Assembly (NCBI GenBank): GCA_964393845.1
Contig: CAYMUX010000003.1
Coordinates: 48-64,047 of the forward strand
Length of the DNA: 64,000 bases
Direction of reading: 5' to 3'
Origin: an uncultured Nitrospiraceae bacterium
Lineage (GTDB): Bacteria > Nitrospirota > Thermodesulfovibrionia > UBA6902
Below are positions 1-10,304 of this stretch, piece by piece. The stretch's first letter is position 1. Every line of letters starts with the position of its first letter. The position numbers and the translations under genes are program-made. The notes beneath the pieces are model-generated. The model worked only from the letters and a program-made list of their open reading frames with translations, searched no databases and was not told the origin of the DNA.

Positions 1-2754
1 AGCACGGGGCAATCAACAACGAGCGGAAACTCAGCAGTGCCGACCTATGCAAGTCCTATCTGGGATACTCCGGCAAGCGCTGTCTGCGGAACATGTCATA
101 AGGTGACAGAGGTCTCGGGATTAACCTCCGGCAGTCATGCAGCGCATCTCGGTACAACAGGGGTAAACGGCTGCGGGGACTGTCATACAGGAGCTGCAAA
201 CGATGCATCATCATATAATTCAGCAAACCATGTGAATGCTTCAATAAATGTTTCAAATACATATACGGCAGGCGGGGCGCCCGGAAACGGATACGGCACA
301 TGTTCAACCGCCTCCTGTCATGACAACGGGACAGGCAGTCTCGCGGTCACACCGGCATGGGGTTCTTCACCGGCAAACTGTTCAGAATGTCACGCTGCAG
401 TGCCTGGCACGGGCAGTCACCAGAAGCATGTAGTAACAACGCAATACAGCAAGGCGTTATGCGGCAATTGTCATGATGGAGCAGTACAGGGGACAACAGC
501 GTCGGCGCAGCATCTTGATACAAATGTAGACGTATATGATGTAACAGCAGGCGACCTTGGATATCCGCAGGATAAAGCCAAGGGCTCTGCTTACACATCA
601 TGTACAACAGCATATTGCCACAGCACGGGACAATCCACAACAAACGGAAATTCAGCAACGCCGGCTTATGCATCGCCGACATGGGGCAATGCGTCAAGCG
701 CAGCATGCGGAACATGTCATAAAGTAACCGAGGCATCAGGACTGACATCCGGCAGCCATGCAGCGCATCTTGGGGCAACCGGAGTCAACGGCTGCGGCGA
801 TTGTCATACCGGAGCAGCGAATGACGCTTCATCATATAACTCATCAAACCACGTGAACGCTTCAATAAATGTTTCAAATTCCTATACTGCAGGCGGGACG
901 CCGGGCAACGGATACGGTACTTGTTCCGCAGCATCATGTCATGATGATGGAACGGGCAGTCTGAGCGTAACTCCTGAATGGGGGACAAGCGTAACGGATT
1001 GTACAGAATGCCACGCGGAGATACCTGCCACAGGCAGCCACCAGAAACACGTGGTGACTACAAGCTACAATAAAGCCGTATGCGGAGACTGTCATGACAA
1101 TGCAGTACAGGGCGCCACAACGCCGGCACAGCATCTTGACGGGAACCTTGATGTATACGATACAGCAGCCGGAGACCTCGGATATCCGCAGAATGTGGCA
1201 AAGGGCGGAGCGCCTTATGACACCTGTTCAACAGCATACTGTCATAGCACGGGACAATCAACAACAAACGGCAATTCATCAACGCCTACATACGCGACAG
1301 TAACATGGGGCGGTTCGGCTGCATGCGGTACATGTCATAAAGTGACTGAAACATCGGGATTAACCTCCGGCAGTCATGCAGCGCATCTTGGAACAATGGG
1401 TGTAAACGGCTGCGGAGACTGCCACACAGGGGCTGCAAATGATGCTTCATCATATAATTCATCAAACCACGTGAACGCTTCAATAAATGTTTCAAATTCC
1501 TATACTGCAGGCGGGACGCCGGGCAACGGATACGGTACTTGTTCTGCAGCATCATGTCATGGAGCTGGAGCGCCACAATGGGGTGGAACATTGACATCAT
1601 GCGGAGACTGTCATCTTGGAACGGGCGATGTGGATGATTTTACCTTTAGCAATGGAACTCTCGCTATAATAGACAACGCACAATGGAGTTGGTCCGGTCA
1701 TGGTAAGACAACAAGCATTTATGATGTCTCGGGTAATTCTGCAGCAAACCTGCCCGGCGCTGCTAATGGCGGCGACCCATGCCGGTATTGTCATAGCTCC
1801 CCGGTAACTCATAATACAGTTACTAATCCATTCCGTCTGGCAAATAATAATGCCTTTGGAAACGGATGGAATGATACTTGTCTTGTTTGCCACAAAACAG
1901 GCTCAACAGGTTATGACCCTGATAGTGCTGGTGTTATGACGAGCAAAAATGCAGCAAAGAAGATAGACAAATATCATTATGGAGCAAAACACGGCGTTTC
2001 AAATGACGGCGGCTCACTCTGCTGGGATTGCCATGACCCGCATGGGGACAGGACATCAGGCTCAGGCAATATCTTTATGACTCACTCAAACGTTACAAAA
2101 GACAAGACCGATGTGTATGGAACCCCTGCTTCAACAGGTTCTCCTGCATTTACCGCAAACAGCACAGGCACAGATTATGCCAAATCTTCAGCACCGTTTA
2201 ATGGTGTATGTAATGTCTGTCATACTACAACAGCTCACTATACTTCAACATCAGGTGATGGACATAACAGCAGTTCAAAATGTGTGCAATGCCATACACA
2301 TAGCGGTGACACCACGGTTGACGGCGAGGCATTTAAAATAGGCAGATGTGACTCCTGTCATGGATATCCGCCTGCGATCGGAGACGGAAAAACATACATG
2401 ACATCTGAGCAGGAGGGCAAGGGCGTTCATACGAAGCACCTGAACCATCTGCTTGCGCTTTCCGGCTACACGCTTGACCCTGCAACAGATCAGTTTGGAA
2501 ATAACGCAAAATTCAACGCAACATGCGGCGTCTGTCATACGAATAATTCTGCAAACCACTCGACTTCAGCGACACTGCCGAACACGCTGAGGACCATAAC
2601 AATTCCTGTGAGCTATCAGTTCGGGCCGAGCGCACCTGCGTACAACGGCGTGCAGGGTACGTCATCTACTGTAAATCCAAAGACCTGCTCGAACGTGAGC
2701 TGTCACTTCCAAGTGACTCCTTACTGGCAGAATCCTGCCACGGCGGGGAATTAG
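1..2754 (+). CDS. Giant secreted multiheme c-type cytochrome, 5'-partial (the reading frame is open from window position 1; the ORF track starts it at a GTG at 37). About 205-aa modules are tandemly repeated and at least 24 heme-binding motifs are visible.
   Basis: Translation shows repeated CGTCH, CGDCH, CSECH, CGNCH, CRYCH, CLVCH, CWDCH, CNVCH, CVQCH, CDSCH and CGVCH motifs, plus CX4CH variants (CSTASCH, CTTAYCH, CSNVSCH) as seen in cytochrome c3. Bases 1-36 translate in frame to STGQSTTSGNSAVPT, which matches the internal repeat, so the gene continues upstream of the window. Confidence 0.85.
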   Translation, partial: STGQSTTSGNSAVPTYASPIWDTPASAVCGTCHKVTEVSGLTSGSHAAHLGTTGVNGCGDCHTGAANDASSYNSANHVNASINVSNTYTAGGAPGNGYGTCSTASCHDNGTGSLAVTPAWGSSPANCSECHAAVPGTGSHQKHVVTTQYSKALCGNCHDGAVQGTTASAQHLDTNVDVYDVTAGDLGYPQDKAKGSAYTSCTTAYCHSTGQSTTNGNSATPAYASPTWGNASSAACGTCHKVTEASGLTSGSHAAHLGATGVNGCGDCHTGAANDASSYNSSNHVNASINVSNSYTAGGTPGNGYGTCSAASCHDDGTGSLSVTPEWGTSVTDCTECHAEIPATGSHQKHVVTTSYNKAVCGDCHDNAVQGATTPAQHLDGNLDVYDTAAGDLGYPQNVAKGGAPYDTCSTAYCHSTGQSTTNGNSSTPTYATVTWGGSAACGTCHKVTETSGLTSGSHAAHLGTMGVNGCGDCHTGAANDASSYNSSNHVNASINVSNSYTAGGTPGNGYGTCSAASCHGAGAPQWGGTLTSCGDCHLGTGDVDDFTFSNGTLAIIDNAQWSWSGHGKTTSIYDVSGNSAANLPGAANGGDPCRYCHSSPVTHNTVTNPFRLANNNAFGNGWNDTCLVCHKTGSTGYDPDSAGVMTSKNAAKKIDKYHYGAKHGVSNDGGSLCWDCHDPHGDRTSGSGNIFMTHSNVTKDKTDVYGTPASTGSPAFTANSTGTDYAKSSAPFNGVCNVCHTTTAHYTSTSGDGHNSSSKCVQCHTHSGDTTVDGEAFKIGRCDSCHGYPPAIGDGKTYMTSEQEGKGVHTKHLNHLLALSGYTLDPATDQFGNNAKFNATCGVCHTNNSANHSTSATLPNTLRTITIPVSYQFGPSAPAYNGVQGTSSTVNPKTCSNVSCHFQVTPYWQNPATAGN
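95..1560 (+). repeat. Nucleotide-level tandem repeats of about 611-618 bp inside the cytochrome gene (two full copies and a partial third), each encoding a roughly 205-aa six-heme module.
   Basis: Near-identical strings tgcggaacatgtcataa(g/a)gt at about 95, 706 and 1324; the protein repeats TSGSHAAHLG...CGDCHTGAANDASSYNS...AYCHSTGQSTTNGNS. Confidence 0.8.
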
Positions 2755-2765
2755 GAGGTGGCGAA

Positions 2766-5700
2766 ATGAAGATATACCGTAAATGGAATAAAAAAATGAT
2801 GACAAAATCCAGGGATGAGGATATAAAGAATAGTATGCTAGAAAATTTTGGAAAGAGTAACAGCGTTGTGAAGATGGCTTTTATGGCAGTTCTTGCTCTA
2901 ATTATGGTTTTAGGTGCAATCGGTGGGGCTGAGGCGGCGATTACAACGGTCCCGGGCAATGCATGGTCCCAAATCTATACTAATACGAATGCATTCCCCG
3001 GAACGATTGCGTACACAGTGAATGCTGGTAGTAATACCAATCGTTTGCTGGTTGTTGCTGTTTCTTCAAGTATTGACGCAGCAGGTGCCAAAACCTGCTC
3101 TGTAACGTATGGCGGCCAGTCTATGACTCAGGTGACGGCTGATGGAGGCAGTACGCAAGCTCATACGTATCTTTTTAGACTGAGTGAAGCAGGTCTGGAT
3201 GCAGCAGCTAATACTAACCTAATCTTTACGTGGGGTGGCGCAGGTTCAGCGTCTGTCAACAACGTTTTTGCTACTGTTTATGATGGGGTAGACCAGTCTG
3301 CAAATCCTATCGGGAGTTCTGTGAGTGGCACAGGCACAACATCAGTCGCCTTACCCTCGAATCTAACTATCGCAGCAGGCGAACAGGCTGTCGAAGTGGT
3401 AAATATGAGCAGGACCGGTGGAACAACATATCGTACCATTACAACGCCTGCCACAAATTGGACTTCTGTACTTGGACCTTTATCGACTAACGATGGAACT
3501 GTATATAATTCCAGCTATATTCTGACTGACGCTACTGCAGGAACAACGAATGCTAACCACACTATAAGTAGTGCTACAGCATCTATTTATGCTATGTCCG
3601 CTATGAGCATAAAGGCTTCCCAGGCTACGACAGCCGGGACGGCAACTGCTGTGGCGGCAAGCGGCACTACGATCAATGTGAGCATGCCCTACACTGATGA
3701 CGGAAACGCCAATAACACATATACAGTGGATTACAAACTAAGTTTATCCGGCACATGGACTAACTGGGTGACGAATGCAGCGCATACCACAAGCCCATAC
3801 ACAACGACAATAACCGGGCTTTCTGCCGGTACCAGTTATGATGTAAGAGTAACTTATAATGACACTGATGGTGTCAACGGCAGTGCGACGCAGACGATTA
3901 GCAATATATTTACATGGAACACCCTGACTGTCGGGGACGCAACTAACCCGGCAAACAAGACAGTATACAGGAGTGAAGCTGACAAGGCCGTATCCGCATT
4001 CACCCTATCGGTGGATGCTGGGACAGCGACAGTATCGCAGATAGTGGTAACCGGCACAGCCTCTGCCGGGTCGTCACAGACAGAGACATCAGCAGCAAAG
4101 ATATATCAGGACAACAATGGAGACCGTGAATGGGATGCAGGAGATACACTAATAGCGTCTACGACGTTTGCGACAAACACAGCTACGTTCTCCGGGCTGA
4201 GCATATCTGTGACCACAACGACAGTCAACTATATAATTGCCTATGACATATCAGCAACAGCAACCAGCGGGCGCACACTGCAGGCGCAGGTTTCAGGCAT
4301 CACGTCGACTGCCAATACAAACACTGATAATGATACTAATGATGCAACGCTGACAATCGGGACACAGACCCTGACTGCGGGCGACGGCACTGATCCGGCA
4401 GCCAAGAATGTTTACAGGACAGATACTAATAAAGCCCTTGACACATTCACGCTTTCGCTGAATGCCGGAAATACTACAGTGACGCAGATTGTCGTGACCA
4501 GCACGACATCTTTAGGTTCTGGACAGACAGAGACATCAGCAGTGAAAATCTGGCAGGACACGGGTACGACTGCTAACGAATGGGATGCAGGAGATACACT
4601 GATAGCGTCTACGACATTCGCGACAAACACAGCCACATTCTCAGGTCTGAGCATACCTGTGACAACAGCAACGGACACCTATATTGTTACAGTAGACATT
4701 TCGGCAACTGCCACAGCTACAAGAACAATTACAGCGCAGTTGTCCGGCATAAGCTCGTCTGCACAGACAAACACGGACAACGATACAGGCGGCGCAACGC
4801 TGACGATCACCAGCCAGACACTGACTGTCGGGGACGCAACCAACCCGACAAACAAGACAGTATACAGGAGTGAAGCCGACAAGGCCATATCCGCATTCAC
4901 CCTATCGGTGGATGCAGGGACAGCAACAGTATCGCAGATTGTGGTGACCGGCACAGCCTCTGCCGGGTCGTCACAGACAGAGACATCAGCAGCAAAGATA
5001 TATCAGGACAACAATGGAGACCGTGAATGGGATGCAGGAGATACACTAATAGCGTCTACGACGTTTGCGACAAACACAGCTACGTTCTCCGGGCTGAGCA
5101 TATCTGTGACCACAACGACAGTCAACTATATAATTGCCTATGACATATCAGCAACAGCAACCAGCGGGCGCACACTGCAGGCGCAGGTTTCAGGCATCAC
5201 GTCGACTGCCAATACAAACACTGATAGTGATAATAATGATGCAACGCTGACAATCGGGACACAGACACTGACTGTCGGCAATGGCACAAATCCAGCCAAT
5301 GCCAATGCACCCAGGAGCTCGACGAACAATGCACTGGATGGCTTTACACTATCTTTGAATGGCGGCTCAGGGACAGTCTCTACCCTGACTGTTACCGGAA
5401 GCGCTAACTTTACTGCAACCAATATTCCTACCAATGGCGTTAAAATATATCGTGACGCCGGTACGATAGGGACGCTGGACGGAACTGATACGTTGATCTC
5501 AAGCGGATCTACTGCTATAGCAGGCAATGCTACAACAGTAACGTTGGCCAGTGCGGAGACAGTGACAACTACATCTGCCAACTATCTCGTTACAGTTGAT
5601 ATCACTGCGGGCGCAACTCTTTCACAGACCTTTACCGGCAACATAAGTGCTGCTACAGGATCCGGCATTGGAACGCCGGTTGACAATGACACAACCTCGG

Positions 5701-7994
5701 CAACACTGACTATTACTGCTGCGCAGACACTAACTATTGGCAATGGCACAAATCCAGCCAGCGCCAATGCGCTCAGGAGCTCGACGAACAATGCACTGGA
5801 CGGCTTTACGCTATCTTTGAATACTGGCTCAGGGACAGTCTCGACCCTGACCGTTACCGGAAGCGCTAACTTTAATGCAACTAATATTCCTACAAACGGC
5901 GTTAAAATATATCGTGACGCCGGTACGATAGGGACGCTGGACGGAACTGATACGTTGATCTCAAGCGGATCTACTGCTATAGCAGGCAATGCTACAACAG
6001 TAACGTTGGCCAGTGCGGAGACAGTGACAACTACATCTGCCAACTATCTCGTTACAGTTGATATCACTGCGGGCGCAACTCTTTCACAGACCTTTACCGG
6101 CAACATAAGTGCTGCTACAGGATCCGGCATTGGAACGCCGGTTGACAATGACACAACCTCGGCAACACTGACTATTATTGCATCGCTCTCAACCATCACC
6201 TCCTGCGCAGGCTGTCATGACTATCCGCCTCTTGACGGAACAAGAAGCGGTGTAACAGGAGCTTTTGTAGGCGACCATCAGGTTCACACCTATATCTGCT
6301 CGACCTGCCATGTAATACCGGCAACTGAGACGAGCGCAGACTTTGCACACAGAAATGCAAATATACAGATGAAGGCAGGGGCTACAGCAATAGACAATGG
6401 CTATTACGATAAGAACGGCAACAGCGCATATAATGCCGGTGTTGATGATACATTTGCCCAGACTAATTCACCAGTCACAGCAAGCTGCAGGACTGTGTCC
6501 TGCCACGGCGGGGTAACTACACCACAATGGGGTGTTGGGACAACAACATGCTCTGACTGCCACGCAGGGGTTGTTAAGAGCGTAAGAAGGACAACAACAG
6601 GGGCATCCAGCGATTTTAGCAAGGAAGGAACTGGAAGCACGCATGTCGCCGCAGGAATCAACACTCCTCTTAAGGCAACCTGTCAGGCATGTCATGGAAG
6701 CCATCTTGGCTTAGGGTTAGACCCGAATGCGTCTTTGCTGAATGCCGATTCCGGCGCAGCAATAACCTTTGATGGCACTGCAGCGAGCACAGAGGTATTC
6801 TGCATAAGCTGTCATGACTCTAATGGAGCTACAAGACTCGGAACGCCGACCGACCCGTTTGGCACAGACGGAGCAAATGTGGTCAATATCGGATGGACAA
6901 TAGGTACAGTTGCACACAGCCAGGCCTCAAATGTTAACAAGTGCATGGCCTGCCACGGAGATGCTTCGGGAACCGGAACCACGCTTTCCCCGACGATTAA
7001 CGCCCACGGATCATCCTCGAAGAAGCTGACGCGGTACAGTTATACGGCGGGAGCGGAACAGACCTTCTGTTACAACTGTCATGGGACAACAGTAGCAAAT
7101 GGGGCACAGGACAGCATTCAGCCCATGTTTGCGAAGACTTATCCTCATGCCGTTGCAGACTGCGCTGCCTGTCATAATAAGCATATAGCGACTATCGCCA
7201 GTCCGCTCAGCGGTATGAGCGGTGCAGATCCTTCAACACCTGGCGCTGGTGCTCAGCCGACCTTCTCTACTGTAACGGTGACAGACCCTGACCATCAGTA
7301 TAAGGTCTGTTTTAACTGCCATTCGAACTTTAGCGCAGGAGCTACAAAGAAGGTTGATATTGATTTTAATACTGCAAACGACAGCTTCCACTGGGTGGAG
7401 AAGGACAAATACTCATATACAGTAAATACCGGTACAAGCAAAGGCATCTGGACAATCGCCACGTTCAATCTGAATGCAGTGCCTACCCAGGGCACCAAAA
7501 AATATGTTGAGGTCATGATGCCGAGGTCCGGGTTCACGTATAATGATGCAAATCTCAGGACACTGGCCCTGAGATGCTCTGACTGTCATGGTCCCAACGC
7601 GGCAGACGGCGGAGTGGCTGTGCCTGAAGGCCCTCATGGATCAAGCGTAGCCAAAATTCTTAAAGTGCCTGCAGGAAGTCCATATACTACATGGAACGCA
7701 ACTACCAGTTCTCTGACAGGAAATACATGGTGCCTCAACTGTCATAACCCCAGTTTTACCAATTCAGGTTTCAGGCCTTCGGACGGGCATCTCTACGGCG
7801 GATCAGGAAAGCATCAGAGAGCGTGTCAGTATTGCCACATTCCGATTCCGCATGGTTCAGGCTCAGAAGGCACAGGTGTCGCCAATCAGAGAAGGCATCT
7901 TTTAAAGACAACGACGTTTACAGAAGGTATAGACAGCGAAACATCCGGAAGCCAGTCTCAGCACGGTTCATGGGTAATCCCAGGCTGTACATAA
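2766..7994 (+). CDS. Giant (1742 aa) secreted or cell-surface multiheme cytochrome. It has an N-terminal signal/anchor, an FN3-like domain, five Thr-rich repeat domains of about 150 aa, and a C-terminal module of about 600 aa with 13 CxxCH/CX4CH motifs.
   Basis: Strong Shine-Dalgarno ggagg 5 nt upstream. Hydrophobic segment MAFMAVLALIMVLGAIGGAEA. Heme motifs CAGCH, CSTCH, CRTVSCH, CSDCH, CQACH, CISCH, CMACH, CYNCH, CAACH, CFNCH, CSDCH, CLNCH, CQYCH. Five tandem ~150-aa Thr/Ser/Ala-rich domains. Confidence 0.85.
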   Translation: MKIYRKWNKKMMTKSRDEDIKNSMLENFGKSNSVVKMAFMAVLALIMVLGAIGGAEAAITTVPGNAWSQIYTNTNAFPGTIAYTVNAGSNTNRLLVVAVSSSIDAAGAKTCSVTYGGQSMTQVTADGGSTQAHTYLFRLSEAGLDAAANTNLIFTWGGAGSASVNNVFATVYDGVDQSANPIGSSVSGTGTTSVALPSNLTIAAGEQAVEVVNMSRTGGTTYRTITTPATNWTSVLGPLSTNDGTVYNSSYILTDATAGTTNANHTISSATASIYAMSAMSIKASQATTAGTATAVAASGTTINVSMPYTDDGNANNTYTVDYKLSLSGTWTNWVTNAAHTTSPYTTTITGLSAGTSYDVRVTYNDTDGVNGSATQTISNIFTWNTLTVGDATNPANKTVYRSEADKAVSAFTLSVDAGTATVSQIVVTGTASAGSSQTETSAAKIYQDNNGDREWDAGDTLIASTTFATNTATFSGLSISVTTTTVNYIIAYDISATATSGRTLQAQVSGITSTANTNTDNDTNDATLTIGTQTLTAGDGTDPAAKNVYRTDTNKALDTFTLSLNAGNTTVTQIVVTSTTSLGSGQTETSAVKIWQDTGTTANEWDAGDTLIASTTFATNTATFSGLSIPVTTATDTYIVTVDISATATATRTITAQLSGISSSAQTNTDNDTGGATLTITSQTLTVGDATNPTNKTVYRSEADKAISAFTLSVDAGTATVSQIVVTGTASAGSSQTETSAAKIYQDNNGDREWDAGDTLIASTTFATNTATFSGLSISVTTTTVNYIIAYDISATATSGRTLQAQVSGITSTANTNTDSDNNDATLTIGTQTLTVGNGTNPANANAPRSSTNNALDGFTLSLNGGSGTVSTLTVTGSANFTATNIPTNGVKIYRDAGTIGTLDGTDTLISSGSTAIAGNATTVTLASAETVTTTSANYLVTVDITAGATLSQTFTGNISAATGSGIGTPVDNDTTSATLTITAAQTLTIGNGTNPASANALRSSTNNALDGFTLSLNTGSGTVSTLTVTGSANFNATNIPTNGVKIYRDAGTIGTLDGTDTLISSGSTAIAGNATTVTLASAETVTTTSANYLVTVDITAGATLSQTFTGNISAATGSGIGTPVDNDTTSATLTIIASLSTITSCAGCHDYPPLDGTRSGVTGAFVGDHQVHTYICSTCHVIPATETSADFAHRNANIQMKAGATAIDNGYYDKNGNSAYNAGVDDTFAQTNSPVTASCRTVSCHGGVTTPQWGVGTTTCSDCHAGVVKSVRRTTTGASSDFSKEGTGSTHVAAGINTPLKATCQACHGSHLGLGLDPNASLLNADSGAAITFDGTAASTEVFCISCHDSNGATRLGTPTDPFGTDGANVVNIGWTIGTVAHSQASNVNKCMACHGDASGTGTTLSPTINAHGSSSKKLTRYSYTAGAEQTFCYNCHGTTVANGAQDSIQPMFAKTYPHAVADCAACHNKHIATIASPLSGMSGADPSTPGAGAQPTFSTVTVTDPDHQYKVCFNCHSNFSAGATKKVDIDFNTANDSFHWVEKDKYSYTVNTGTSKGIWTIATFNLNAVPTQGTKKYVEVMMPRSGFTYNDANLRTLALRCSDCHGPNAADGGVAVPEGPHGSSVAKILKVPAGSPYTTWNATTSSLTGNTWCLNCHNPSFTNSGFRPSDGHLYGGSGKHQRACQYCHIPIPHGSGSEGTGVANQRRHLLKTTTFTEGIDSETSGSQSQHGSWVIPGCT
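3901..6180 (+). repeat. Five tandem intragenic repeats of about 450-460 bp, two classes (A1, A2, A3 at about 3921, 4370, 4819; B1, B2 at about 5268, 5727). A1/A3 and B1/B2 are nearly identical at the DNA level.
   Basis: acc/acactgactgtcggggacgcaac(t/c)aacccg recurs at about 3921 and 4819; acactgactgtcggcaatggcacaaatccagcc at about 5268 and 5727. The antisense ORFs 5138..5581 and 5582..6043 are near-identical because of this repeat. Confidence 0.85.
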
Positions 7995-8028
7995 AACCTG
8001 ATATCTATATTTGCAATAATATTCAAAA

Positions 8029-8058
8029 AGGGCTGGTGTAAAACCAGCCTTTTTTTAT
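8029..8058 (+). terminator. Rho-independent terminator after the cytochrome gene.
   Basis: Hairpin ggctggt-gtaaaa-ccagcc followed by a T7 run (8031-8057). Confidence 0.7.
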
Positions 8059-8081
8059 TGTGGTAAAATGGAATAGTTATT

Positions 8082-9485
8082 ATGAACCAGGAACAAAAAA
8101 CACGTTTTGACAGACTGGTGAGTTTTCTCGGAAGCATGAGACTTTCCTTTGTCCTTATCGTCATACTCGGCCTGCTTGTTGCCCAGCGGGCTGTAATAGC
8201 GCAGAAATTCGTTTACCTTGAGGAAGTACCGTGGTTTTTACGGATTCTTGGTTCGCTCGGGATTCAATCGGCGGAGGACCTCTGGATACCCTTTCTTGCT
8301 GTGCTCGCTGTTTTTGTGCTGAACCTCGGGTTTTCAAGCATAAGGATGGCAAGGAGGATAAGAGCCAGAAAAGAGGGCATCAGGGGATATCGCACATATG
8401 AAGCATTACAGGCTTTTATAAACAATGCGGAGTTTTTCTGCCCCGAAGATTCGGAACCCCTGATTAGAAGGTTTTTCAAGAGAAAGGGCTTTTATATTCA
8501 GAGCGACAATCTCGGGAATGAGACACGCATTCATGCCGTGAAGCATAGGGCCGGTTACTGGGGGGTTTTTTCCTTTCATCTGACGTTTCTGATAATACTC
8601 ATGGGAGTTCTCCTCAGTGTCTTTACGCGATACGCCGGATATTTTGAAATTTCACCGGGAGAAAACTTTATTGAGAGGTATGAGAACTACAGGGAGGTTA
8701 CAGAAAAGCCGGCTCTGTTCAGCGGAAACAGCGGATTGAAAATAAGGCTTGAGGAAATTGACCTTTCATACTGGAGACAGGGTGAAGTAAAACAAAGGGC
8801 AAGCATTGTGAGCGTCTTTGATGCTGAAGGAAGGTTTATGGGTAAAAGACGGATAGAAGTGAACAACCCGGTAAAAATAGAGGGAATGAACATATACCAG
8901 GGCTCAAGGAACGGCTACATCACAGTTCTTGATATTACAGACTCTGCCAGCACAACAGCAGAGGGTACAGCGAGGTTTCAGCTCCCGAAAAAACCGGGTG
9001 AACAAATGAAGAGCGCCATAACACTGCCGGGTATCGGCATCTCACTTCTGTTGGAGCTCTTTACCGAAAAACTGGGCGAGATAGAGGGACTTGAACAACT
9101 GGGCGCTATGCATATGGCGACCCTGCTGAAGGTAACGAGCAAGGAGGACCTCCGCAGTAACTTCAGGGGAGTAGCATTTAAGGGCGGGAGTCTGTCTTTT
9201 GAAGGGATTACCTTGAGGTTTTTGAGCCTGAGGCCGTATACTTCTTTTGTGGTAATCAGGGACTATGGTGTTCCAGTTATTTTTTCAGGCTTTGTCGTCA
9301 TGCTTATCGGCCTTATCATCACGTTTTTCTGGGTGCCTGAAAACTATTGGGCAATAATCAGGAAAAGTGAAAGCGGAGAAGTGGTCATTATGGGAGCGAG
9401 CAGTGATAAATTCAGGGAATCCTTTAGGGAGCGCTTTCATGCTGAAATTGAGGAACTCAAGGCAGAGGTGAAGGCACATGGCTGA
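8082..9485 (+). CDS. ccsB: Cytochrome c biogenesis protein ResB/Ccs1 (system II, CcsB).
   Basis: 467 aa with an N-terminal TM segment, HxxxGYWG-like AGYWGVFSFHL segment, large soluble domain and a C-terminal TM segment; immediately upstream of ccsA. Confidence 0.8.
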   Translation: MNQEQKTRFDRLVSFLGSMRLSFVLIVILGLLVAQRAVIAQKFVYLEEVPWFLRILGSLGIQSAEDLWIPFLAVLAVFVLNLGFSSIRMARRIRARKEGIRGYRTYEALQAFINNAEFFCPEDSEPLIRRFFKRKGFYIQSDNLGNETRIHAVKHRAGYWGVFSFHLTFLIILMGVLLSVFTRYAGYFEISPGENFIERYENYREVTEKPALFSGNSGLKIRLEEIDLSYWRQGEVKQRASIVSVFDAEGRFMGKRRIEVNNPVKIEGMNIYQGSRNGYITVLDITDSASTTAEGTARFQLPKKPGEQMKSAITLPGIGISLLLELFTEKLGEIEGLEQLGAMHMATLLKVTSKEDLRSNFRGVAFKGGSLSFEGITLRFLSLRPYTSFVVIRDYGVPVIFSGFVVMLIGLIITFFWVPENYWAIIRKSESGEVVIMGASSDKFRESFRERFHAEIEELKAEVKAHG

Positions 9486-10299
9486 AATAATCCTTTTCTG
9501 GATTTCTGTCGGCGCTTATGTCTTCAGTGCAGTAGCGTATATTGCAGGTTTAACATTTAAAAAGGACGGTTTCAGGAAAGCAGGCGCTCTTTTGGCGGCT
9601 TGCGGACTTCTTTTTCATACAGTTGCAATTGTGTTAAGATGGCTGCACGCGGGGCACGGCCCTTACGTCAGCACCTTTGAGATCCTTTCATCAACAGCAT
9701 GGGTGTCTGTCCTGTTTTTTCTTCTTCTTCAGTGGAAGTTCAGGAACTTTGTAAACCTCGGAGCTGCTGTAATGCCGCTTTCTTTTATCATGATGGGTTT
9801 TGCATTCATGGGTTCACAAGAGGTAAGGGCGCTGCCTCCCACTCTGAGGAGTTCATGGCTTGTGGTTCACGTTATCTTTGCCAAGCTTACTATTTCCTCT
9901 CTCCTTATCGCTGTCGCAATGTCGGTATTCTATCTCATGAAAAAAGGCAGGGATACACACAGCGGTATACTGGCAAAGCTGCCTTCTCCGGCAATGCTGG
10001 ATGATTACAGCTACAGGCTCGTTGCCTTTGGCTTTATCACATTGACCATAATGATAATCACGGGCTCTATATGGGCAAACAACTCATGGGGCAGTTACTG
10101 GTCATGGGACACCACCCAGACATGGTCGCTTGTCCTCTGGCTGGTCTACGGTGTATACCTTCACGGCAGGATCACCTTCCGGTGGAATGGTATGGTCTCT
10201 GCATGGTATATAATCCTGGCATTTATCTTTTCAGTAGCGACATTTTTTATTATTCCGTATTTCATCAAGGACATACATTCAGCTTACATGACAGGTTAA
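9478..10299 (+). CDS. ccsA: Cytochrome c-type biogenesis protein CcsA/ResC (heme exporter/lyase subunit).
   Basis: Polytopic membrane protein with the WWD domain WANNSWGSYWSWDTTQTW and conserved His residues; 8-nt overlap with resB. Confidence 0.85.
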   Translation: MAEIILFWISVGAYVFSAVAYIAGLTFKKDGFRKAGALLAACGLLFHTVAIVLRWLHAGHGPYVSTFEILSSTAWVSVLFFLLLQWKFRNFVNLGAAVMPLSFIMMGFAFMGSQEVRALPPTLRSSWLVVHVIFAKLTISSLLIAVAMSVFYLMKKGRDTHSGILAKLPSPAMLDDYSYRLVAFGFITLTIMIITGSIWANNSWGSYWSWDTTQTWSLVLWLVYGVYLHGRITFRWNGMVSAWYIILAFIFSVATFFIIPYFIKDIHSAYMTG

Positions 10300-10304
10300 A
10301 GCAA

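Noticed and set aside
347-778. Antisense ORFs inside the cytochrome genes (347..778 -, 5138..5581 -, 5582..6043 - and others).
   Set aside because: They lie opposite strongly supported, motif-rich coding frames. Their near-identity to each other simply mirrors the sense-strand DNA repeats, and they have no ribosome-binding site or domain signal.
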